Positions 36,257 to 46,799 of a stretch of DNA of 64,000 bases are shown here, in pieces. Location: the IMG/VR virus record IMGVR_UViG_3300032116_000033, positions 32,001 to 96,000 of that record; one strand, 5' to 3'. Below the pieces are notes generated by a model. That model was not told the DNA's origin. It made no database searches and saw nothing but the letters and a program-made list of their open reading frames with translations. Numbering within the stretch: the first letter of the stretch is position 1; each line of letters starts with the position of its first letter. The position numbers and the translations under genes are program-made. This stretch comes from a virus.

Positions 36257-39200
36257 ATGAGCTTCACGGCCACCTACCTCGAGAAGATATCGGCTTCAAA
36301 CTCTGTCGGCGGAAACCATTACGGAAGCTCGGTCGCGATATCTGCAGACGGAAACACGATGGCTGCGGCCGTATCGTACGTTTCAAGTTCCTCAAACCAA
36401 GCAAACGGCGCAGTAAGGATACTCACCAAGTCTGGTGGAGCATGGTCCCAGAGCGCGTCCATAATCACCCCAAGCAGCAGCAACGACGATTACCTAGACT
36501 ACGCGGTCGCTCTGTCATACGACGGAACCACGCTGGTCGTAGGTGTTATGTCTGTCGACGGCGCCGCTGCGGACCAAGGCGCGGCTTACGTCTACAAGCT
36601 CTCAGGCGGAACATGGTCGCTCGTGCAGGCAATCTCTAATCCTGACGAAGGCGCAGACGACAACTTCGGCATCAGCGTTGCCGTATCTGGCACAGGCGAC
36701 ATTATCGCTGTCGGCGCGACCAGGGGCGACAAGTCCGGCGTAAACCCAGACTCGGGCACGGTCTACACGTACGTGCACAACGGCACCTCGTATGCTTACG
36801 CTCAGAAACTGAACGGATCCGACTCATCTTTCGGCGACGTCTTCGGTCACTCTATATCGATGTCGTACGACGGAAACTACATAGCGGTGGGAGCGATAGG
36901 CGAGTTCACGGGCTCAAACCCTCAGGGCGCTGTGTATGTTTATCTCAGGTCCTCTGGGACATGGGCTCAGCAGCAGAAGATAACGGCGGTTCAGGCTTCT
37001 TCAGGAAACTACTTTGGCTACTCGGTGTCGATGTCATCTGACGGCACCACTCTGGCCGTCGGAGCCTCGTCGGCCGACGACAGCAACACCGCAAATCTCT
37101 CTGCGCTCTGTGTGCTGAAGCGCACGTCGACCACGTGGTCGGTAGAGGGAGGTCTCCTTAAGTCCTCTTCTGGCTCTACTGCCGAGTACATGGCGCACGC
37201 AGTGTCCACGTCCTTCGACGGCGACACGGTCCTAGTAGGCGTGTGGGAAGGCGACACGGTCGCATCGGCGGAGTCTGGTTCGGCCTACGTTTTCAGAAGA
37301 TCATCAGGCACATGGTCTCAGGCGCAGAGGATCGTTCCTTCTGATGCAGATCTTGCGACATACTTCGGCTACTCGGTCGCGCTCGCTTCGAACCTTTCGA
37401 GCATGGTCGTGACCGCACCTTACAGCAGCGACGTCCCTTCGTCGAACGCCGGAAACATCTACTCGTACTCGGTTGCTCTGACCGCTTCTGACGTGTACAG
37501 TCCGCTCGTGATCTCGAGCAAGACCATAACCGTCACAGCATCAACCATGACGTCGATCTCCGTGTCCTGGGAAAAAGCCATCGACAACATCAGTCTTCCT
37601 TCTGGCCTTCAGTACGAGGTGCGCTACTCGACCCTCGCCAACGTTTCGACCGTAGAAGACTTTGAGGCAAACGGCACGATCGCCATGGCTTACACGGCCG
37701 ACGTAAGCTCGTACACCATAACGAACCTCTACCCAGGTCGTCAGTACCACATAAACGTGGCCGTAAAAGACGCCGCAGGAAACAAGACGCTGTACACGAC
37801 CAGGAACACCGGCGCTCAGGCAGACACAACCGCTCCTGTTCCAGGCGGATCTGGTGCCCTCAGTTTCTCGAACGTCGGCGTATCGTCTGTGACAGTAAAC
37901 TGGCAGAAAGCCACCGACAACTACAGCACAGGCGACCTCATATCCTACGCGGTCTACTACTCTACATCCAACAACATCGGCACCGCTGCCAACGCCGCGG
38001 CCAACGGTACGCGAGCGCTCAATTTTACGGCAGACATAAGCAGCCACACCATAAACGACCTTGTGCCAGATACGACATACTACTTCAACGTGGTGGCCCA
38101 GGACGAGTTCGCAGTAAAGGCCGCGTACGTTTCGTCCAGCACCTCTACTCAGGCAGACACATCCGCTCCTTCGCCGGGCGTCCTGTCGGTCTCTGCTTTA
38201 AATCTCACGCAGATCTCCGTGTCGTGGACCGCCGCGACAGACAACTACAGCACATCGCTGAACATATCCTACGCGGTCTACTACTCGACCTCCGACAACA
38301 TCTCTACCGTAGCAGACGCAGAGACGAACGGCACGCTGATCAGAGACTACGCGAACACTCCTAGAACCTACCAGCTTACCGGCCTTGTGCCAGACACGAC
38401 CTACTACTTCAACGTGGTGGCCAAAGACGAGTACGGCAACAAGGTCGCCTACTCTGCGATAAGCCAGAAGACGATCGCAGACACTTCGGCGCCTGTTCCT
38501 GGAAACTCTGGCATAATATCTGCCGTAGCAGTGTCAGAGACCGAGATCGAGGTTTCGTGGACAGCAGCGACAGACAACTACTCTACCGGCAGCAACGTGA
38601 CGTACGCTGTGTACCGCTCGACATCCAACAACATCTCGACCGTGGCAAACGCAGAGACGAACGGTACGCTTATAATGGGCTACACCGCGAACACCACCAC
38701 CTACTCGGCGACGGGTTTGTCGTACAACACGCAGTACTACTTCAACGTGATAGTCAAGGATCAGTACGGAAACAAAGCAGTCTACACTTCAGCTAGCGAG
38801 TCTACCTTGGGCGACTCCGGTTCGCCTGTTCCAGGCAACTCGGGAACGATAGCCGCAACGCCGATGTCCGAGCGTCGCATCGATCTCTCGTGGACCGCAG
38901 CCACAGACAACCTTGTTGCTGCTTCTGCGCTAGAGTACGCTGTGTATCTGTCAAGCTCCAACAATATCTCGACCGTTGCCGACATGGAGTCGAACGGAAC
39001 CAAGGTGATGGACTTCACTGCCGACACCACGTACAAGATGGTCGGCAGTCTCACAAAAGACACACAGTACTACTTCAACGTTATGGTGCGCGACGTGGCC
39101 GGAAACAAGGCAGCGTACTCGATGACCAACGCGACCACGCAGGCAGATACGACCGTACCGGTCCTCGGCTCGCCGACCAGCATCGCCGTCACGAACCTTG

Positions 39201-41812
39201 CCGACATCTCGCTCACGCTAAGCTGGAACAGGTCGAGCGACAACTACGACATCTCTACCGCGCTGGTCTACAAGGTCTACAGATCCACCAGCAACGTTCT
39301 TACGTCGATCAACCAGACAGAGACCAACGGTACACTGATAGGAACCGGCATAAACATAGAGACCTTCAACGTTACCGGACTTACGCCGGCGACCACGTAC
39401 TACTTCAACGTGATCGTGTCGGACTCGTCGGGCAACAAGTCGCTGTACTCGTCGGTGAACGCAACGACCGCAACCGACGCCCAAGCACCAACTCCTGGTG
39501 GTTCGGGCAATGTGTCTACGTCTGGCATCACCGTATCGAGCATCAACGTGTCTTGGGCAGCAGCCTCTGACAACATCACTGCGGCAGCCAGCCTTCAGTA
39601 CGCTCTCTACAGATCTACTTCCAACAACATCTCGACCGTGGCAGACGCAGAGACGAACGGCGTTGTCGTCATGAACTACACCGCCAACACGACCAGCTTC
39701 ACAGCATCCGGTCTAGTTCCTGCTACGTCTTACTTCTTCAACGTTGTCGTACGCGACGCGACCGGCAACAAGTCAGCTTACGTTCCTTCCAGCGCCATGA
39801 CTCAGGCAGACATCACGCCACCGGTTCCGGGATCTTCTGGAACAATATCAGTAAGCTACGTTACTAAATCAAGTCTCGTACTTTCGTGGACAAAAGCGGT
39901 CGACAACCACACCGCTCAGTCTGGTCTAAGGTACGAGGTCAGAAGGTCGACGTCCAACAACATAGGAACGGTCGCCACCTTCAGGAACGGTACGGTTGTC
40001 AGAGCTTTCACGACCGACATAAACACCGTGTCTGTAGAAGGCCTTCTGCCGAACACTCAGTACTACTTCAACGTGCTGGTCATGGACGCTTTCGGAAACA
40101 GGGCCGTATACTCGATGGCCAACGCAACGACGCTGGTCGACGCACAAGGACCGACTCCTGGAAACTCTGGTCTCATCAGCTTCACCGGAACCACTCTTCA
40201 AGAAACTGTCGTCAGCTGGGCAAGAGCATCAGACGAGGCGACATACTTCGAGGATCTCGAGTACGCGCTATATTATAGCACTTCTCCCAACATCTCAACC
40301 GTAGCCGGTGCAGAGACGAACGGTACGCTGGTGATGGACTACGATCTCTACGCGAGCCCGTATCCTATGACGGACCTGACACCGGGCACGACGTACTACT
40401 TCAACGTCATCGCGCGAGACGAGCAGGGCAACAAGTCTGCGTACTCGATGTCTAACGTGTCTATGCTTCCAGACGTCACGGCACCGGTTCCAGACAACTC
40501 CGGAACCATACTGCCGAACGACACCACCACCAGCAGCGTGACGCTGAGATGGTTCAAGGCCGTAGACAACGTAACAGAAGAGCAGGACATGATGTACGCT
40601 GTGTACAGATCTATGTCCAACAACATGACCACCGTCAACCAGACAGAGACGAACGGCACCAAGATAATGGACTGGGCGGCAGACGTTCTGGAGCTTGAGA
40701 TCTCGGATCTTACTCCGTCTTACACGTACTACTTCAATGTCCTAGCAAGGGACGAGGCCGGAAACAAGGCAGCGTACTCTACAGCAAAAGTGACAACGGT
40801 CTCCGACACGTCCGTACCTTCTCCGGGCGGATCCGGCGTACTGGGTGCAAGTCTCGTTACGCCTAGCACCGTGACCGTATCTTGGACAAAGGGAACCGAC
40901 AACGTAACGGACGCAGGCTTCCTGATGTACGGCGTATACTACTCCAAGCTCAACAACATCTCCACCATCGCAGACATCGACGCCAACGGCACGCTTGCGA
41001 GACCTTTCTCAAGAGACATAGCGGTACAGACCGTAACGGGCCTAGACTCAGACGAGACGTACTACTTCAACGTGATGATCAGAGACTCTGCCGGTAACAG
41101 GTCTTGCTACAGCACGGTTCAGGCCACGACGCTCGAGGACATCGAAGCTCCTGTTCCGGGCGGATCCGGCGTAATAACCGCAAGCAACGTAGGCCTGACA
41201 GGGATGATACTCAGCTGGAACCCTGCCGTAGACAACGCCTCGTCGCCGCCTAACCTTCAGTACCAGGTCAGGATATCTTCGCTGAACAACATCTCGACCG
41301 TGGTGAGCGCGGAGGCAAACGGGACCATCGTGAGCGCGTACTCGTCTCTCACGTACGCTACGGTGAGCGGGCTAAACTCAGGCGAGACCTACTACTTCAA
41401 CGTCATAGTAAAAGACGCCAAAGGCAACAAGTCCATATACGCGACCAAGACCCAGAGAACCAGAAACGACGTCGTCGAGGTCCCGAGCACTCCGGTTGCC
41501 GTAAACCAGGCCGTAGTGGTCGAGAGCTCCATAGACAAGATCAAGACTCTGCCTCAGGTTGTGTCAAACCCTACGCTGTCTAAGCCGCGTAACTGGGCAA
41601 AGGTCCACATCATCTACAAATCAACCACGTCGGCCAAGCGTGTCGTCGTCTCGATCACGGACTTCTCTCAGATGCTGGGGACCTTCAGAGCCAAAAACGC
41701 TGAGATTTTCGCTGTGCACAAGGTCATCGTAGAAGACGCCAACAACAACTTCGTCACGGTTCCGGCATCGTTCATAATGAACGCTAACAACTGGAACATA
41801 GACGTCGATTAG
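36257..41812 (+). CDS. giant adhesin-like virion protein: FG-GAP beta-propeller plus 12 fibronectin type III repeats
   Basis: Repeated (F/Y)GxSV(A/S)xSxDG..VG blades; 12 ~110-aa units with W..AxDN and YYFNV..D..GN. Confidence 0.8.
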   Translation: MSFTATYLEKISASNSVGGNHYGSSVAISADGNTMAAAVSYVSSSSNQANGAVRILTKSGGAWSQSASIITPSSSNDDYLDYAVALSYDGTTLVVGVMSVDGAAADQGAAYVYKLSGGTWSLVQAISNPDEGADDNFGISVAVSGTGDIIAVGATRGDKSGVNPDSGTVYTYVHNGTSYAYAQKLNGSDSSFGDVFGHSISMSYDGNYIAVGAIGEFTGSNPQGAVYVYLRSSGTWAQQQKITAVQASSGNYFGYSVSMSSDGTTLAVGASSADDSNTANLSALCVLKRTSTTWSVEGGLLKSSSGSTAEYMAHAVSTSFDGDTVLVGVWEGDTVASAESGSAYVFRRSSGTWSQAQRIVPSDADLATYFGYSVALASNLSSMVVTAPYSSDVPSSNAGNIYSYSVALTASDVYSPLVISSKTITVTASTMTSISVSWEKAIDNISLPSGLQYEVRYSTLANVSTVEDFEANGTIAMAYTADVSSYTITNLYPGRQYHINVAVKDAAGNKTLYTTRNTGAQADTTAPVPGGSGALSFSNVGVSSVTVNWQKATDNYSTGDLISYAVYYSTSNNIGTAANAAANGTRALNFTADISSHTINDLVPDTTYYFNVVAQDEFAVKAAYVSSSTSTQADTSAPSPGVLSVSALNLTQISVSWTAATDNYSTSLNISYAVYYSTSDNISTVADAETNGTLIRDYANTPRTYQLTGLVPDTTYYFNVVAKDEYGNKVAYSAISQKTIADTSAPVPGNSGIISAVAVSETEIEVSWTAATDNYSTGSNVTYAVYRSTSNNISTVANAETNGTLIMGYTANTTTYSATGLSYNTQYYFNVIVKDQYGNKAVYTSASESTLGDSGSPVPGNSGTIAATPMSERRIDLSWTAATDNLVAASALEYAVYLSSSNNISTVADMESNGTKVMDFTADTTYKMVGSLTKDTQYYFNVMVRDVAGNKAAYSMTNATTQADTTVPVLGSPTSIAVTNLADISLTLSWNRSSDNYDISTALVYKVYRSTSNVLTSINQTETNGTLIGTGINIETFNVTGLTPATTYYFNVIVSDSSGNKSLYSSVNATTATDAQAPTPGGSGNVSTSGITVSSINVSWAAASDNITAAASLQYALYRSTSNNISTVADAETNGVVVMNYTANTTSFTASGLVPATSYFFNVVVRDATGNKSAYVPSSAMTQADITPPVPGSSGTISVSYVTKSSLVLSWTKAVDNHTAQSGLRYEVRRSTSNNIGTVATFRNGTVVRAFTTDINTVSVEGLLPNTQYYFNVLVMDAFGNRAVYSMANATTLVDAQGPTPGNSGLISFTGTTLQETVVSWARASDEATYFEDLEYALYYSTSPNISTVAGAETNGTLVMDYDLYASPYPMTDLTPGTTYYFNVIARDEQGNKSAYSMSNVSMLPDVTAPVPDNSGTILPNDTTTSSVTLRWFKAVDNVTEEQDMMYAVYRSMSNNMTTVNQTETNGTKIMDWAADVLELEISDLTPSYTYYFNVLARDEAGNKAAYSTAKVTTVSDTSVPSPGGSGVLGASLVTPSTVTVSWTKGTDNVTDAGFLMYGVYYSKLNNISTIADIDANGTLARPFSRDIAVQTVTGLDSDETYYFNVMIRDSAGNRSCYSTVQATTLEDIEAPVPGGSGVITASNVGLTGMILSWNPAVDNASSPPNLQYQVRISSLNNISTVVSAEANGTIVSAYSSLTYATVSGLNSGETYYFNVIVKDAKGNKSIYATKTQRTRNDVVEVPSTPVAVNQAVVVESSIDKIKTLPQVVSNPTLSKPRNWAKVHIIYKSTTSAKRVVVSITDFSQMLGTFRAKNAEIFAVHKVIVEDANNNFVTVPASFIMNANNWNIDVD

Positions 41813-41849
41813 GATATAATGGATGTAGACTCCGAGTGAGAGGGCCTAT

Positions 41850-42269
41850 ATGCGCGACGATAAGATCGATTTGATCAGTAAAGACATCGAGTTTGTCAAG
41901 GACATCGTTCAAGACACTAGCCGTCGCGTCTCTAGCCTAGAGGAGGCTACTGGCCAGTTCTCTAGGGACTTTCACGAGCACATAGCCACAGACCGTCAGA
42001 TGAACGTAGAGATCGCACGCATAGGCCGCATCCTAGAGAAGAACACCGACTCCCTGGTCGAGCACATGCGTCGCACAGACATAAACGAGATGAGCATCAG
42101 CGAGCTCAAGAACATCAGTCTAAGATTAGATCAAAGATTGCAGCCGCTTGAAAGTTCATACACGCAGCGTAAAACGATGATGATTCTCATTGCTAAGATT
42201 GCCGCCGTGGTTGCAGCGTTGGCAGGGTTTGCAAAATTCTTGTACGAGATCTACGTCTTGAAGCTGTAG
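41850..42269 (+). CDS. coiled-coil protein with a C-terminal TM helix (holin/hemolysin-like candidate)
   Basis: TM ILIAKIAAVVAALAGFAKFL; TATAAT at 41815. Confidence 0.45.
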   Translation: MRDDKIDLISKDIEFVKDIVQDTSRRVSSLEEATGQFSRDFHEHIATDRQMNVEIARIGRILEKNTDSLVEHMRRTDINEMSISELKNISLRLDQRLQPLESSYTQRKTMMILIAKIAAVVAALAGFAKFLYEIYVLKL

Positions 42270-42338
42270 CAGATGATAATATAAGCATATAGTGACGCGG
42301 TAATAATGCCGCGCCCTGAAGAATCATGGAGATACACT

Positions 42339-42629
42339 ATGTCACTCATGTCCTCTAAGACAAAAAGAATCCTGGAAGTTGCCCTCGCAAACCGCGTTGC
42401 CAAGAACGAGATGGTCTCTGCCTTCGGCTCGCACGCAGTCGTTCTCTGCGTTGTAGCGACCAGCACCTCTACGACCGTAGACTTCGGCGCCCTCAAGGTC
42501 GGTGATTTCTTGGTTCGCATCAAGGCTGGCGCAACCGGCGGCGCTCTGTTCGATGTCTGCGTAGCAGACGGAACCGCTCCTGCTGCTGCAGTGATAGGCG
42601 ACCTCTACATCGCTCTTCGTCTGGTCTAA
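42339..42629 (+). CDS. small putative virion protein
   Basis: SD GGAG before ATG 42339; A/G/V-rich; last + strand gene. Confidence 0.5.
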   Translation: MSLMSSKTKRILEVALANRVAKNEMVSAFGSHAVVLCVVATSTSTTVDFGALKVGDFLVRIKAGATGGALFDVCVADGTAPAAAVIGDLYIALRLV

Positions 42630-42835
42630 TCGACCGGGAGGGCGTCTTCTGCGCCCTCTTCTTTTAAGATCTCGTCTAGAGCCTGAATAGCCCCCGTGAT
42701 CTGCGAGAGTCTCGTCTCGAAGCTTGAGATCTCGCCCTTCAGAACCTCGATCTTCTCTGATATCGCCCAAGCCTCAGAGCTGAGCATGTTTATCTTGTTG
42801 ATTATCTTTTCGCGCATGATCCACATCCTTGCCAT
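42626..42835 (-). CDS. small coiled-coil hypothetical protein
   Basis: Heptad pattern; converges on the late operon. Confidence 0.5.
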   Translation of the reverse strand: MARMWIMREKIINKINMLSSEAWAISEKIEVLKGEISSFETRLSQITGAIQALDEILKEEGAEDALPVD

Positions 42836-43000
42836 CTAAGGACAAACACGCCGCAGCAGATGTCTTCGTTGTCTGAAGGCTCCAGCATGCCGCAGCACGT
42901 GACCTTTACGCTGTAGCCGTTGAAGCAGGCGATCTCGTAGCCGTTTATGTGATTGTCAGGCATGTCCTGAAGCTTGAGTACACGGAGAAGTTCCATGAAC

Positions 43001-43489
43001 TCATACAGCAGCGACGACTGCAGAGAACCAAGCTGGGTGGCCACGGTTTGTCCACTTTGGCTCTCGCTTGTCGTTTGCCCACTTGATGTGGAAGCCGAGT
43101 CGGTAAGCTTCGATGACATCGCTTATGTCCTTTCTTAGCGAGCAGTTGGGAAACTGCTGAAGTCCCAGGCTCGGGAGTATGTGCACCTGAGCCTTAAGCG
43201 ATGCGTAGCCTGCAAGAAACGACGCGTGATCTTTCTTGTACCTGTGCACAAACTCATCGTTCATCGCCTTTAGGTGCTCGAGGTGCCACTCGAAGTTCTC
43301 GAGGGAGTCGCCGGACCAGAGCGTGCAAGGATGCTTGGTCCAGGCGACTCGATACACGGGAGTTCCGCCGTGGCGGGCGATCGCGGACGACAGCATCTGC
43401 ACGGACTCGATCGGCATCTTTACCAGGCGCTTGTCGTCCAGCGCTCTAGCACATTCTACCGGATCGTTTGATGTGAAGAAGATGTTCAC
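43001..43489 (-). CDS. pyrimidine-dimer DNA glycosylase / endonuclease V-like protein
   Basis: MNIF..DPVECARALDDKRLVKMPIESVQMLS, HPCTLW, KWTNR. Confidence 0.78.
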   Translation of the reverse strand: MNIFFTSNDPVECARALDDKRLVKMPIESVQMLSSAIARHGGTPVYRVAWTKHPCTLWSGDSLENFEWHLEHLKAMNDEFVHRYKKDHASFLAGYASLKAQVHILPSLGLQQFPNCSLRKDISDVIEAYRLGFHIKWANDKREPKWTNRGHPAWFSAVVAAV

Positions 43490-43507
43490 GACGAAACTCC
43501 TTTTACG

Positions 43508-43810
43508 TTAGATCACGTTCTTTACCACGAACTCGATCGATCGGCCTACGCTCGGCTTACGCAGACCCTGCGGCCATTCGGTGGCGATCAGCGTAGGGCC
43601 TGATCCTGTGCGGTTCTGGCGGAACTTGACTTGGTAGGTCGTGTTGATGTTGCTCTTGCTGGAGATGAACAGTGTTACGTATCCGTTCTTGACTGAGACC
43701 TTGCCGAACTTCTCGGTCAGACGAGCGAGCGTTACGGTTGGGTACTTGTCGTTGGCGGACTTCTTCGTGAACTTGACGGATACGACTGAGGTTACTGTAG
43801 ACAGGGTCAT
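43508..43810 (-). CDS. basic hypothetical protein
   Basis: SD AAGGAG before ATG 43810. Confidence 0.55.
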   Translation of the reverse strand: MTLSTVTSVVSVKFTKKSANDKYPTVTLARLTEKFGKVSVKNGYVTLFISSKSNINTTYQVKFRQNRTGSGPTLIATEWPQGLRKPSVGRSIEFVVKNVI

Positions 43811-43967
43811 AGATGCTCCTTTTATTGCCTTTCGGCGTTGTGGATGTTGTGGTGGGGACGCCGGTCGATCTCCATCCCCTTTTTCAGCCTCAACCAGGTC
43901 CGACATCTCTGCAAAGACGGAGAGCCCGGTATATACATGAACTTGCAGGTACATGTTGCGCCTGTGA

Positions 43968-44393
43968 TCATATTATACCCTCGTTTATATATTTCGTCAG
44001 TGATTCCTTGGTGTTGCGCACAGTATCAGGATCGTTGAGCTTTCGGTTCATCCCGCTGGGATGCGGAAGTGCCAGAAAGCCGCTTACGCCTGCTTCTGCT
44101 AAAGCTCTGGCTGCGGTCTTGCCCAGCGAGACCATCTTGGCGTCTGGATGCTGCGCGAGCTTTGCGATAAGGGAGTCTCTGGCCTCTCTTATCTGAGCTA
44201 CGGACAAAGGTTTGTTTCCTTCGGTCTTGTCGTCGCAGACGTTGATGAACGTGAAGTTGGCGTTTAAGTTCTCGATCCAGCTTTCGAGCGTTTTTCTTGA
44301 TCTGACTGAGACGTGGAAAGGAGAGGAGTCTGGACTAGACGAGCTGGGGTTCGAGCCTACGAACACTACGTTCACTACGTTCACTGTGCTCAT
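43968..44393 (-). CDS. uracil-DNA glycosylase superfamily protein
   Basis: VFVGSNPS, VSLGKTA and LPHPSGMNR motifs. Confidence 0.75.
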   Translation of the reverse strand: MSTVNVVNVVFVGSNPSSSSPDSSPFHVSVRSRKTLESWIENLNANFTFINVCDDKTEGNKPLSVAQIREARDSLIAKLAQHPDAKMVSLGKTAARALAEAGVSGFLALPHPSGMNRKLNDPDTVRNTKESLTKYINEGII

Positions 44394-45177
44394 CTTATTC
44401 TCCTTGGTTAAGGAGGCATTTTTTGCTTACGATCTCTAGCATGAACGGGCCTGCGGTGAAGATCTTGCACCCGCACGCGGACTTTATGTGTCTGGGTCGC
44501 CATATGTCGATCGAAGGCGTCAAAAGGTAATGCGCGTACGTGATCACTATTCGTGGTGAGAGTCTGTAAGTCTTCATGTTAGCCTCAGCAGTACTGAACG
44601 CCGTTGATCCAAATTCCCTCGTTGGGTCTGCACGGCAGCTCCCTGAGCTTGTCTGGTTCGGCGTCGCAGATAAATACTCTTGTTTCGGTCTGATTCTGAT
44701 CGCACCTTGCCCAGACCTGGATCTTCACCTGCTGGTTCTCGCCGTAGATCTCGCCTGTGCTCACGAGCCCGAGAGCCCTGTCGCCCGGAAGAGACACGGT
44801 CACGTATACGTTTCTTCTGGGCTCGAGCAGAAGATACTCGATACCCGCAGCAGACGGGGTCGCGCTCTGTATGACGAACCAGCCTTTGAAAAACATCAGA
44901 GACAAGGACATATGATCATCTCCTGCACGTGAGGCTCATCCACAGCTCCCCGCCGTGGCTGAACGAAACTTGACCGGACGGTGTTTTTTCACTGCACACA
45001 AGCTCTATGGACTCTATATACGGGCTTATTGTCCCGCTGTCTCGGTCGAAGTTGGATCTTCCGGTGTCGCACGTGATCTTTGCGTGGCATCTGCTGTCCG
45101 ATATCTCGGGTCTGCAGACGTACACCGGGTTCATGGCGATGACCAGAATCCTGCCGCATATGTCTATCATAATGGTA

Positions 45178-45630
45178 TCAATCATGCTTCACCTTGTATA
45201 TGAGGTCTATGTATTGATCCTCGTTTCGGATATCGATCTTTAGGTCCCTCATAGCAAGGATGTCGTCGAAGTCCCGGTACCTTGTCTTAGCCACTACGCG
45301 CGTCACGCCGCTCTGCCACAGAAGCCTCATGCACACCTTGCACGGCGTCATCGTGCACACAACGAAGCAGTTCTCCATCGAGATGCCGTGGCGGGCGCAG
45401 TTGGCGATCAGGTTCATCTCACTGTGAACGATGTAGTCGTACTTGTCTGGACGAGTGCTCGGAAGAGAGTCGTCGTCTGCCCCTCGTACGAAGCCGTTGC
45501 AGCCGGTCGCAAGTATTGCACCCGTCGATTCTTTGATCAGGACGGATCCCACCTTTGTCTCTGAGTCGTGTGATCTCTGAGAGGCAGCTTCGGCCATCAT
45601 CATGTAGGTCTCTATCTTAGAAGGCTTCAT
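45178..45630 (-). CDS. dCMP deaminase
   Basis: KVGSVL, GCNG, HSEMN and PCKVC zinc motifs. Confidence 0.9.
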   Translation of the reverse strand: MKPSKIETYMMMAEAASQRSHDSETKVGSVLIKESTGAILATGCNGFVRGADDDSLPSTRPDKYDYIVHSEMNLIANCARHGISMENCFVVCTMTPCKVCMRLLWQSGVTRVVAKTRYRDFDDILAMRDLKIDIRNEDQYIDLIYKVKHD

Positions 45631-46040
45631 TTCTTTTCCTTGGGTTTTCTTTGCGCAGGATACTCGTCGAAGAATTCCCTGCCGATTATCAGAGAATCCA
45701 GATAATGCTGGTCCATCTCTATGGCGATGTACGATAGCGAGTTTATAGACCTTAGGACCCCGTACTTGTTGCGCCCCCTCACCCGTCTGGCGAGTATCAT
45801 GTTGAACATGACCGACTCGACCTTGTAGCGCACGTTTATGCCTAAGGCGTTCTTTTCTATAGAGTTAGATTGCTTCAGTCTTCTTACGACGTAGTCGCCT
45901 TTGCTGAAGCCCGTGGTGTTTGTGTTTGGGATGCCGAACATCACGCACCGTCGCACGAAGTCAAAATCCCTAGCGTTGAGGAACTGGATGTCGACCCAGT
46001 CTATCCCGTACCTCTCGAACATCTCCTCAAGATAGTTCAT
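45627..46040 (-). CDS. hypothetical protein
   Basis: 137-aa ORF coupled to its neighbours. Confidence 0.55.
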   Translation of the reverse strand: MNYLEEMFERYGIDWVDIQFLNARDFDFVRRCVMFGIPNTNTTGFSKGDYVVRRLKQSNSIEKNALGINVRYKVESVMFNMILARRVRGRNKYGVLRSINSLSYIAIEMDQHYLDSLIIGREFFDEYPAQRKPKEKK

Positions 46041-46223
46041 CTGATGATTCCGTCTTTAAGATCTCTAGTTCGTAAGCTGAAGTTTTATCAGGCGCTTTCT
46101 GTGTCTTGAGTCTCTTGACCTTGACGCGCTCTGTTACTTTGCCTCGCTTAGGGCACACGTACGATATGTCTTCGTAGTACGTAGACTCGACTTCGTCTTT
46201 CTTCGGTTCTTCCTTCTTTCTTC

Positions 46224-46799
46224 TCATCTCTGTATGAACCTCTTTATGTCTTCAAGATTCTTGTATTCTATCGAGACCGCGTCGTGCACGGCTCTTTGAT
46301 ATTGCTTGACTATCGGATGAAGGTCCTTGGCAAACATGAACCTGGACCACTCGCCCATGCTCGCGTACATCACGCCTTCCCAGTAAGCGGAAACAGGCGT
46401 AGTGACGGACGCCACAAAAGCGTTGCAGCCGTCGTGTACGTAAGATTTCTGATTAAGCATCAGCGACTCGACCGTCATCTTCATCGACTCCGAGATGTCG
46501 CGATCGTTAGCAGTAGACCCTGACGCGATCATGTCCACGGTGGGGCAGAAAGCGTCGCTGGCCTGGCTCACGGACGACGTGCACCGTATGCCGGACGACA
46601 CCATCGGGATAAGGATGAAGTACGGGCACTTTACCTGTAGGTGGACGTATATCATGTCTATGGCCTGCGACGTGAGCCTGTTCCTGAACATCGAGGATCT
46701 TATCTCTAGATGGTCGCTGTAGGACGGCGAGCACGACATCAGCGACACGTAGCCGTGGTCTAGAACAGGCAGTCTATTTAGCTTTGTTCTTTCGCTCAT
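46224..46799 (-). CDS. degenerate ThyX-fold protein lacking the RHR motif
   Basis: VLDHGYVSLM N-terminus, VKCPYFI and TPVSAYWEG follow the ThyX layout, but RHRxxxxxxxS is absent. Confidence 0.55.
   Translation of the reverse strand: MSERTKLNRLPVLDHGYVSLMSCSPSYSDHLEIRSSMFRNRLTSQAIDMIYVHLQVKCPYFILIPMVSSGIRCTSSVSQASDAFCPTVDMIASGSTANDRDISESMKMTVESLMLNQKSYVHDGCNAFVASVTTPVSAYWEGVMYASMGEWSRFMFAKDLHPIVKQYQRAVHDAVSIEYKNLEDIKRFIQR

Noticed and set aside
44335-44370. tRNA-like GGTTCGAGCC T-arm motif
   Set aside because: It lies within the UDG-like CDS on the opposite strand and no cloverleaf can be built; no tRNA was recognised in the window
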